Shown here: positions 11,082-22,400 of the stretch, piece by piece
How the letters are laid out: every line of letters begins with the position of its first letter
Numbering within the stretch: position 1 is the stretch's first letter
Source: Yuukianura sp. NJ FZ-2021
Taxonomy: Eukaryota
DNA length: 64,000 nucleotides
Assembly: GCA_046563655.1 (NCBI GenBank)
Contig: CM102288.1
Coordinates: 2,542,001-2,606,000 of the forward strand
Direction of reading: 5' to 3'
Notes under the pieces: generated by a model
What the model was told of the DNA's origin: nothing
What the model saw: the letters and a program-made list of their open reading frames with translations, nothing else
The model's database searches: none
Made by a program: the position numbers and the translations under genes

Positions 11082-14000
11082 ATGTTGACCCACCAGTACT
11101 TTCCGAGAAGAGTGGCATCGACTAGCGTAGGCAAGCGAGTGAGACACAGTGACTGTCATGGTCCACCGTCCTCCGCTGGACCAGGAACGGCTGAAGGAGG
11201 CGGTCAACTGGACACGGTTTCTCAGGGCTCAGTCGGAAGTGAAAGTTCTACTTTTGTAGGAAAAGGAAGGAGAAGAGAAAAAGTAAGATTCAAAAAAATT
11301 GAATTTTTTTTTAATCCAAAATCTTGAATTTTTGTGAAAGTTCCACTTTCATAGGAAGTGGAAGGAAAAGAGAAAAAGATTTGAAAAGCTGAAATTTTTG
11401 TAATTCAAAATTATGATTTTTTTCTGCTCCTGTGCAGCTTGGTTTGTGTAACTTTGCGTTATCATGGCAGAAGGGCCGGAAGATGCAAACTGCCCAAATG
11501 CTAATTCTTCCTTTGATTCCAATTGTTGTCCTCGTGGGTCAAAATCTGCACACTCTTGTTGATACAATCAACTACCAAACGGAAGTGGCCGATGTAGACC
11601 GACAGGTCAGGTTTTGCAAAATTTCAAATTGCAAAATTTCAAAATTTTCATTCTTCTTTACTCAAAATTTTAAGGTTGAAATGACCTTGGCCATGGGAAA
11701 GTTTTGTACCGAAATTCAGTCCGAGAGAGCCCAAGTTTCTTTCTTTGTCTACACGAACACAACTTACAACGGGTAAGTCTCAAAATTTCAAAAATCTCCA
11801 AATTGCTCCGAAATTTTCAAATTACTCCAACCTTTTATGTTTTCCATTTCCAACTTTTATAAAATTGGACACCTCTTGTTTTTCTCCGCCTTCGCAATGG
11901 TGAAAGCACAAAATTACATGAGGGGGATGTTTTTAAGCGTAGGTTTTTCCCACTGCCCCGCAGGGAAACGTTTTGGCATGTACAGAAAAAATTAGTTTTT
12001 CAGGAGGAAGTGGGTTAGGTGGGACGTGGGTGATCCACTTTCACTTGCAGAAGTTAAATTTTCAAAAAAGCTCCACCGAATTCAAGTGATGGAAGAAAGA
12101 CAAGTGGCTCAAGTGGGGCTCGTGGGTCCGTGATGAATTAAGGAAGTTTGGGATTTCAGTACGAGACACTCCACAGAAGTCCTTCACTTTCACTTCCACT
12201 TTTCCCGCCAAACTTTCTCCAGACACAAACGGAATCTCGTAATCCTCTACCACATCTTTTACCTGTCCCATCCACTTCCTTACATCACCAGAACACTACC
12301 CGTTTCAATTTAAATTTCATTTGGACCTCACCCTTTCAAGTTTTTTTACACTTCAAACGACTTCTGTGACCTCCTGGATGACCTCTGTATTTTTTTTTGT
12401 TAAGTTGAGGTGGAAAAACGTGGAGTTTTTTAAAACTTAGCTTTTGAGTTGAAATGAAAGGAGACAAAAGATGAAAGAGATGTGAGTACTGTTTTCATTT
12501 GCTTTTTCTGTGTAAATTTGTTTCAAAAGGTCAAATTTGTCGACCCAGTTTGATAAAACGGATGCAGCTCTGGACCGAATCACTGATTGGCCACCAGCAA
12601 CAAGAATCCAAGATACTGACAGAATTTTTGAATCCAAAGCAAGATTTGAAATTCGCTTGGATGACTTTCGGTAATTTGATTTTTACTTTAACAAGTACAA
12701 AATGAGACTACAGTTGTTCGTTTACTTAATTTTCTCCGAAGAGTGAAAATTTTTTAATTGTTTTCACTGTTGCAGTGAAAATTGCAGTTTTCAAATTTGT
12801 TTTCCAAATTTAAGTTCTCTTCGGTTTGGATTTTGATTTTTTGTCATTTGTTCAGAAAAAAAATTAGTACAGAGGATTCAAGCATCTCAGAGGTACTGGA
12901 GTATTGTGAGTTAAAAATTTCGAAATCTAAAACATTTTTTTGAATTTCTATTCTAAAAAATGTTATGTTGAATATTGCCTCTTTGGAATTAACAAGATAC
13001 GAAGATAAATCATCACATGTTGGAGTACTTGACGAAAGAAATCAAGGAAACAAATAGCACGAGCGTATGGAGGTAAAGAATTCATGAGTCGTGTAGTTTT
13101 AAAGTTAGTTAACAAAATTTAATTAATATAAATCGTATTTAATTAAACTTAAAAAGTTGCAATGTGAAATGTCAGGCATCCAATTGTTTATTGAAATCGT
13201 TCATAATTTAGATCTTCACGTTTTTTCAAAGTTAGAAAAAATTTCATGTTCATAACGTCGTGCGACGCTTTGACATTTCGCGTTTGTGATTCCGAATATG
13301 TTAAAGTAAATTTAATTTACCTTAATTCACTTTTAATTAATTGTTGATTGTGATTAATTAACAGTTTCCTGATTGCCTACAAGAACATCTTGCGGTCAAT
13401 AGAAAACGTTGGGATTTCGATTGTCTATGGAATCAACTACTTTGGGTAAGGTTTCATTAAACTGAGCAAACGCAGAAGAGGTTGTTGCGGCCATTTTGGT
13501 TTCAAATAGGTTTCCGTTTTGGTTTTTGGAGGCGTAAAGTACTGTTATTTTGAATAAATTTAAATTTAGTTGTAATATAAATCAAGATTTAGTTATGAAT
13601 AACGTGAATAAAATAGAGGACTACACTAGGTTGTATAGTAATTGCTCATTTTCTAGTTCTGGATGCCAGATACTGCTGGATACTTGCCGGGTCTCAGCTG
13701 CTTTTTGAAAACACTGCTTCGTATACATGGTTTGAGGTCGTAATGTATTTTGGAGTGTTATTTTTCAATGTCTAAAAGAGCCCTTAAAGGCTTTCTACTG
13801 AACGAAGGTGAAAGTGAAGATAGATTATGACAAGTATTGTGTTCTCTAGTGCATCATTCCAACTTAACATCTTTATGTTACTATCTTTTTTCATCTACAA
13901 CTTTTGTTTTGGTTTTATTCCAGGCGAGGTGTCCTCTCTCCCACAAATTACGTAAAGTACATCCGGCATGACACGCTTGGCATGGAGTACTTGAATGGAT

Positions 14001-17000
14001 CCATGGAGTTTGCATCTTCAGTCAAGGATTATTACAAAAATATCGGAGAAAGACTCGACCATGATGGCCAGATTCAACAAACGTAAGAAGAGACCTTAAA
14101 CTGCAGAGACATGTCTTGAAAGTTGAAATTATTATGTGGACGAACGACTATATCCCATGACACGGCGTGACAGTTTCCCTGCGACACAAACTAATGTTAT
14201 AAGGAGGCTACCGTAGAAAGAGAAAGTTGAAGTTATGGTAGTGATGGTCGTAACTTCTCGTCTAGGAAAGAAAGAGCCAGTGAACATTTATTATTGTTCC
14301 AGTTATTTACGACTGATCCTCCTCAAATAATCTACTTGAACTAACTCTACTCATGCTCTTCCTCTGTCCAGGAAACTTCGGATTCTCCAAAACTTGAAGC
14401 AGCCGCCTGCCATTGAAGATGCCATTAGTTACTTTGAAATGATGGCGAGTTACGTTGATGAACTGAGGCAACTCCAAGTTTTACTTCGTAGACGAATCAG
14501 GTAGGATCTTCATTAGAATCATGTAACAACTTTTGGTTAACAACTGGAACGTGTTGGAGTAACATGAGAATGCTAATCTAGTCAACACGAAAGGAGTTAT
14601 TTCATGTGTATGAAATATTTTTGGCAAACTTGTCATATTTAACTTCCAGGTTGGCAGTTGAAGAGCGTGTGGATCATGCAGACACTCAAGTACTGTTGAC
14701 GATCGTGGTCGTGATCCTTGTTACCATCCTGTCACCAATTATAATCTTTCTGGTTCACCGTGCAACCACCACCATTCAAATCTTTGCTACGAATCTTCTT
14801 CGAAAGGCAGAAGAGTTAAAAAAGGAAAAGAAAAAGTCTGATCGTCTTCTCTTTCAAATGTTGCCACCATCCGTAGCACAGGAATTGAAGCAGAAACGTC
14901 AAGTTCAGGCTCAAATGTACGATCAAGTGACGATTTACTTTTCAGACATCGTGGGTTTTACGGAAATTGCTGCCGAATGTAATCCACTTGAAGTCGTTAC
15001 TTTTCTCAACTCCATTTACAAACTCTTTGATGCCAGAATTGAGCGATATGATGTCTATAAGGTTGAGGTAAAAACTTTCTCTCTTACTTTCTCCATAAAC
15101 TTTTTTCAAAAAAAAAAATCAAAAAAAGAAAAAAAATTGTAGAGCTTGAATTCCGCCCGCATTTTTACCGAATTTCTCCCTAGTGTTAAGGGCTCCTAAA
15201 GTTTCAAAATTTTTAATCGACTTTTTTTTTCAGACAATCGGTGATTCCTACATGGCAAGTTTTTTGAAATTTACTTTTAAAAAAACTGAATTGGAATTCT
15301 TTTTGGAAAGTTTTATTAAAATCAGTGTGTTTCTTGTATTTCAGGTCGCATCTGGTAAAACTTTTGGACGATTTCTAGAAAATCAAGATTTTTTGTTGGA
15401 CTTTAGAACTTTAGTAACAAAGTCCATAATGCTAAACGTATTCTTTTGTTGTACCTTTAACGCTCTGCTCTTCTAACCATGTTGTACCCATTTACTTTCC
15501 ATGTTCTTCTTCTTGTGCAAATATTGGCCCTTACCTCCGCCACTTCACACTTCTGACTTTCTATCTTGAAGGCCTTCCAGTTCCCAATGGGAAAATCTGT
15601 GAGTGAAATCCGAAATCACTTTCACTTTCCGAGCTTTCTCCTATTTTTTCCCGCCAAATCCTAAGGTTAAGCCAAACCTAAGCTAAAGAGTTTAAGAAGG
15701 TGCCAGAGGCAGACGGGGGGCTCTCCACATCCTTCCAATTTCCAATTCAAGATGCTCATTTTTCTCTTTTGTGTTTGCTCTATCGCCTACGTTTCTCTTC
15801 TTCATCTTTAACACTAACGGAAAAAAAAGGTATGAATCACATTTCGGAAGTAGCCACAATGGCACTAGATCTTCTGGCAGGTTCCGTCATCTTTCAAGTA
15901 CCGCATCGTCCTGGTAAAATTTTGGCTTTCTATTGTCAAACTTTTCACATCTTTTCAAATTCAATCTTATAAAATTCTGTCTTTTCTCTTTTGGAAAAAA
16001 TGTGACTAAATTTGGCATCTTGAGTCTAAAGTTTCCTTGTGTTTTTTTTTCAGGAGAGAAACTACAGATTCGGATCGGGATTCATACTGGATCGGTTGTA
16101 GCAGGAGTTGTTGGTAACGAATCGCTTCAGCGAACAGCGTAGCAGCTGAAAATGGCGCTGATTAGTTCTGAAGTTTCTCTTTGAAACATTGGAAAATGCT
16201 GTGAAAAAGAGGCTTAAGCCTCATTATTAGTTTCCAAACATTTTGCGAATTTTCTTTTCAACAGATCCAAGCCGCGATGAAAAGAAAATTGGCCAAAGCC
16301 GCTAGAAATTAATCGGCTTGAAGAATTTCTGCGGAAAGCTAATATTAGACGGCTTTACAGTTTTTGGAAAAGTTTGCGGTAGTTTTTGTTTCAAATTTTG
16401 AGATATAAAAGCTTTGTACTGTTTTTAAAAAGAAAGGAAAAGGAAAGTACGAAATCCTTAGTAAAACTTTTCTTTTCTTCTACTTTTTTTTTCTCAAGTT
16501 GAGACGTAAAGACAGTTTGGAAAGCTTTTAGCCTTCATCCGATTACAGTCACTAAAACAATTAGTAGAAAGAAAAAATCGGCGCGCGTTTGACGCTTGAC
16601 GTTGTTTCGCGAGCTAAAGTTAGACGCGAAGAAAGCGATGCGTCACCATCAATTTCTCCTTTTTCTTAGGAACTAAAATGCCAAGGTAAGGTTCACATAC
16701 TTTCACATTTCCAACAACATTTGACCTTTGACCCGCCTTTTCCAGAATTCCGGAAATTCCTGAATACTCCAAAAAAATTCTGAAGCGACCATACTTGAAC
16801 CTTGTTTATTTTGTTCTTCACGGCTATTTACAGGTACTGCCTATTTGGAGATTCTGTTAACGTAGCGTCACGAATGGAAACGACTGGAGAACGTGAGTTT
16901 GCTTTTACTTTTCTTTCAAAAAACGAAAAAAAGGAGTTCAAATTTTTCATTTTTGGTATTTGCCCAGCACATGCCAATTTATTTACTACACGATTTGGGA

Positions 17001-18599
17001 TAAAAATTTCTTCTTTTGCTTGAGAGTTGCTTTAAAAATAGAATCGACTGGAAGGAGAAAAGAACCGAAAAGACTTTGATTTCCTTTGAGACTGAATTTT
17101 CCACAAAAAAGAAACTTTTTTGTTCGAAATTTTCAGAACTTACTAAATTTTTCTGTGAACTTTGAATTTGAGTTGCTCCTAATCGGCTTTACTTTCACTA
17201 AATCCTCCTGCTGTCCACCATGAATTTTAGTCTACGATCTTCAGAATTCAATTGAAAGATCAGTTACTTATGAAATTCGAAATTCCAAAACTTTCTCTCT
17301 TCTTTAAAAAAAATTAATACTCTTTAGTGGTTACGTTAAATTTAGACGCACATTTGAACTTGATACTTTTATAGCTATAATGGGCACGTGTGGTTGAAAT
17401 TTTGTCTTTTTGTAATGCGATCTCGTTCTTTGTTCATGATTTACCGTAAATCTTCAAATAACGCCCTGAAAATGGTGCCCCCTTTCCAAGAACCTCTCTC
17501 CCAGAAGTCACCGAAGCAATTAAGTGCCCCGGGCAGTTTGAACATTTACGGTACCTAAAATATGTTTTAGCTCTGCGGATTCACGTTAGTTTGGAAATGA
17601 AGTTGGCTCTGGATGCAATTGGAGGGTTCCGCGTTGAACATCGAGGACTGATTGAAGTGAAGGTAAAGAGCTTTCAGTTACTTTCTCTTTGACTGTAGGT
17701 TATGTTCTGACGTTCATTGGGGCTAAATAACTTAGGTTGAAGCCTAAAGGAAAAGTTCCACCACTAACACTTTCTCTCTCTCTTTCGGTTGCTCCGCTCG
17801 ACAGACCGGAATCAATCACCGCAAAGGGAATTTTAACTCTCACTTTCCTTTGTTCTCCAAAAAAGCTTAAAAACAGATCATATTTCACCTTTTTAGGAAA
17901 ACATTTAGAATACCGCCACTATCAAAACTGTTGCAGCACCCCATTAAAGCTTTGGAAGCTCCTGCGTCAGGAATTTTGAGGAATTACGATTTTTCTATGC
18001 GTTCGCTACCACTCAACCCTACAAAATATCAAATTCTTTGAGTTTTTACACCTTGGTACGAAACAATTTTCCAACTTTAAGTTCAAGCGGGATTGAAAAG
18101 TTGGAACTAATTTATTTTTTGATCGACGTTTAGCACAATTTTTGAAATTCGGAATTCCAGAATTTTTGAAATGTGGAGAAAGTGTTAGCATGCAAGGTGC
18201 ATGTTAGCAAAAAGGCGGTGAAAAAAGAGTTGAGTTGAGACATTTTCAAAAATTTGGATCTGGAAATGCGTGTTTTGAAAATTTGACCTTGTGACCTATT
18301 AGTTCCTTTAACAAAACCGGGATCAATTACTAATTTTGTTTCTGTTTTTTTTACTTACAGGGAAAAGGACTAATGGATACATACTGGCTCTGTGGAAAGG
18401 TAAATGTGGAACTACTGGATGCTGGAACTTCCTGGAAGTTATCTTAATTAACTTAATTTGTTTGTAACAACGTAACATGTGACTTCTGTTTCATTTGTTG
18501 TAGGATGGTGGACTTCCAGGACGTTCCGTGGAATTGGATACGCCTGGATTTTTTGACAGTACGCAGCCAGCCTATTTGGCTGATCTGGAAGATGAGTAA
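11082..18599 (+). CDS. Membrane guanylyl cyclase 1 with NIT-like extracellular domain (NIT-GC type; about 20 exons; start codon tentative)
   Basis: TM1 ([14 protein letters not shown]), helical domain with EIQSERAQ motif, TM2 ([22 protein letters not shown]), coiled coil [15 protein letters not shown], catalytic core FSDIVGFT...YKVETIGDSYMVASG...[21 protein letters not shown]...[14 protein letters not shown]-specifying Glu/Cys present; TAA 18597-18599. 11082 is the first in-frame ATG; an upstream exon is possible. Confidence 0.9.
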
Positions 18600-19474
18600 C
18601 TAAGGGAACTAATTTGTAATAAGTCGAAGGTTAGACTAAAAGTCGGAATTGTCTGATTTGTATCAGATACTTTCACCCAGTTTCTTTTTCCTTCAGGAGC
18701 CCAATTTTGCTTGGAATTAATAAAAGGCCATGCGTTTTCTACACTGACAACCAAATAAAAAAATACAATTTTTTGATTTCTCCAGAGTTTTTCTGAGAAA
18801 GAAAAAGAAAGTAAGTTATTGGAAAGTTTGTGTTCGGAAATGTGATCTGTGATGGGATAATAATGAGGATAGAAATGGGATCTTCTCTGGATGAACCAAA
18901 ATTTCTAATGATCTTTCATTTTGATTGGTAACTTCAGGAAAAAAACATTTCTGTTCAGAACAAGCTAACCCGCACGCCATTTTTTTGCGTTCTGGAACAT
19001 AATAAAAAGATGTCGACATTTTAGTCCAAAGCGTCATTCCATTCGTAGTGATTCCCGTTTTGGGAAGCTTTCTCAAAATGAAGATTTTCAAAAAAAATTT
19101 TGAGGAAAATTTTTAAAACAAGAGGTCCTTGATTTCAGTTCAGTGACTTTGGTTAAGGAGTGATGAGCGATCAGAAACTTCCGCTTTTTTATAACTTTGT
19201 TCACACTGTAGGAGTGAGTGTGGCAAAAACTTGAAAAAGTGAAAGTGAAGTGAAAGTTTTTCGGAATTCATGGTTCAAACTTGATAAGTTTTGACATAAA
19301 AATGAAAATGAAACGACCATAATTTCCTTTAAAAAATCAACTTTTCTTTTCTTCTCTGAGAATTTTTTAAGACATTTTTTTTAGAAAGAGTTGCTTAGAA
19401 AACTTTTGTTTCAAGGAAAAATTGGATTTTCAGTCAACTTTTTTTAAAGTTTTTTTTAGAACTTTCACTCTAGA

Positions 19475-22400
19475 ATGTCAGGGGTTCAGGTTGATAATGG
19501 GAGTAGGTCAGTAGGGTCATTTCAGTTGACCCCAAAGCCCACCAGGGTCAAGGGGTCAAAGTCAGATGAAGAGTGTGAGTCCAATAGTCACCATTCGTTG
19601 ACTTCCGGTGAAGAGGGAAGTTTGATTTCAATCAAAACTGGTTGTTTGAAACTGTCTCCGGGGTCATCTGGAGGTCAAAAAATACAAATGATCCAGATGA
19701 TTCTGCTTCCGTTCATTCCTATCATGGCGCTCGTCATTCAAAATTCAACAATGCTCAACACCATTGTTGTCTCTCTGTCTGAAGCACATGAAATTCAACA
19801 TCAAGTAAGCCTTTAATGGTCAATGACATCGTGACCTCTGACATTTGACCTCTCAATTTGCTCAATCGCAGCTCCATTTTGTTATTTCCAATTCCTCGAC
19901 CGACTCAATTCATCAGTTTTTGGTAGATGAGATGGATTTTTGTCGGATTAGCTGAAAATTGGATTACTACGTTTTCTCAATTAAAAAAAAATCGGTTTTT
20001 GGATTTTTTTAGATTAGTTTAACAGTTGAAGTCGGACGACTAATTTCGGCGCTGCAATTTGAACGAGCGACAACTGCTTACTACATTTTTACAAATGGAA
20101 GTCGGTATGTCCGTTGTCCATTTTGAAACCACAAAATTACTTGTCTTTTGATGTTTTTGGAGAAAGCGACAAAAGTAAAATGGGTGCTCAGTCACCACGG
20201 TTTTACACTGTTAACACTAAAACCGTTGTGGGTTTTTACGTTCCTTTAGGGACAAATTGGAAGAGCGATTTTTAGAAACAGACCGTGTGATTCGAAATGT
20301 GACTCTTCTGGAACATCACATCGTCCGTGGAAAAGTTACGTTCCAGAAGCATCTGTTGGAACTGAGGTAACCTTAGGCTATGCTCAACGTACTAAAAACC
20401 TAAACTATTCAAGATTTAATTCCAAAAAGTAGAACTCCATTTCATTTAAATTTCCAAATTTCCAAACCAGAATGACTCCATCTATCCATATTTAATTTTG
20501 AAATGTGGCAGTGAATGTGAATTAGTTTTTGAATGAAGTCCTTACTCTAGTGTGCCATTGGATAGTGTGTCAGTTGGCATCTGTGGTAGCGTGGGTTCGA
20601 GTACTACTGTTCTGGTGAAAGTAGAAAATGAAGGTCTCTAGGGATGAATTTTCCCGCCTTGGCAAAAAGGAATCCTTTTATTTGAAATGTATTTTGAAAT
20701 TTTGAATTAACAATTCATTTCATAATCTCATCCTATTCTTATCTGGACGCTTCAAATTCCATTTGTGTGCAAATGACACTAGCGTTTTATGAAGTGCAGC
20801 ACGGGGGAAAACTTTTCTCTTTTCTTTGTTTGAGTTTTGTATTTTTTTTTTGAATTTCAGCCTCAAGAGGAACAAAATTTTGAATTTGACGTAAGTGACT
20901 ACTTGAGTTTTGTTATTTTGTAACCCATTTTGTTAAAAATCAAAGCATTGTTTAAATTTTGAACATTTTGAATGTGGTTTTAATTTTGATGGTATTTCTG
21001 TTTCGAATTCGTTTCATGTTTGAAACGCTCTGAAGCAGTCAAAAGTCGATTGAGTCTGACGATGCTGCTTTGAGCGAGATGATTTGGTAAAGAATTCCAG
21101 AATTTTGAAAATTTCAATTCAAAAAAATTTCATTTTCACGTTTTCTTTAACATTCTAGGTACAATGTAGCTACGGATGTCGTCCAGGAACAACTTTCTTC
21201 TCGAATTCGAGAATCATCTTCAACTGGAACTTGGAAAAAGTGAAAAAAATCATAATGAATTTGAATTTTGAAAAAAAAAAAAATTTGCATGAGCGTTATA
21301 CAATTTTTGAATGTTCACGATTTTTCTTTCTAAAAATGCTTTTTTCCACTTTTTTGAAAATGTTAATTTAGTTTGATTGCCTACATGAACATCATTCGAT
21401 CAATTGAAAACTATTCGATTTCTATGATTTATGGACTCTACTACTTTGGCAAAGGATTTCTCAGCAACAACTCCTTCATCCAATTCTGTCGCTACGACAG
21501 TCTTGCAGAAGGTACTTGACATTAAGGTCAAAGGTCACCAAATCTTGAGTTAGCTTGATAATTTTTCTCACTCTTTTGTAATTTTAGACTACTTAAACGC
21601 AAGTCAGTCCTTCTCTCCGGAAATCACTCGGAACTATGACTACTTTTACAAAACATTTGACTTTTATGAAGAGCTGGAGCTAAGGTAAGGGTACCCCTTC
21701 CTCAAGGGCCCCTCAAAGCCATTTCTTTTAAAAGTGCTAAATTGGTCCTTGGATTTCATCTTCTTAAGTGGAGATTTGGTGAACAGGCGAAGGAAGATCT
21801 ACTCCAATAAGCCCATCACTCCGAGTCCAACGGATGCATCGGAGTACTTTGCCAAGATGACTCTCTACATTGACGAACTGAGGAGATACCAACACGGGGT
21901 CAGAGAAATTGTCAGGTTAGGCTAACTTTTTACATCAAAGGTCAAAGGTCAACTTCATGACCCTCTGGCATTTCACGTTCCGGAGGGGGAACAGTAGATA
22001 GTTTGGGCGTAATGAATTCATTAGCTAAACTTTTTTGCTTTCACTTTGATCTCTTAAATTTTTGTTTTTTTTTAAAGTTCAAAAGTTTCAGAAGAAATTA
22101 CAACGGCAAGAACAAAGCAAGCGTTGGCTGCTGGGTTACTGACGCTTGTTCTCAGTATTTCACCAATCATTATCGTCCTTGTTCGCAATATTACACATAC
22201 GATCCAAGTAACACACAATTTTCAAAAACTATCATAAAATTCAAAAATAATATAATTGTTTTGCTTTTGAACTGTTCACTAATAGGCGTATGCTGGGAGT
22301 CTCATTTTCAAAACAACTCAGCTGAAAAGAGAAAAGAAAAAGTCGGATCAACTCTTGCGTCAAATGTTGCCTCCGTCCGTAGTCAAGCAACTGCGTCAAA

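Noticed and set aside
20548..20610. tRNA/SINE-like head with B-box GGTTCGAGT in a GC2 intron
   Set aside because: The A-box is poor and no cloverleaf can be folded; at most a decayed SINE fragment.
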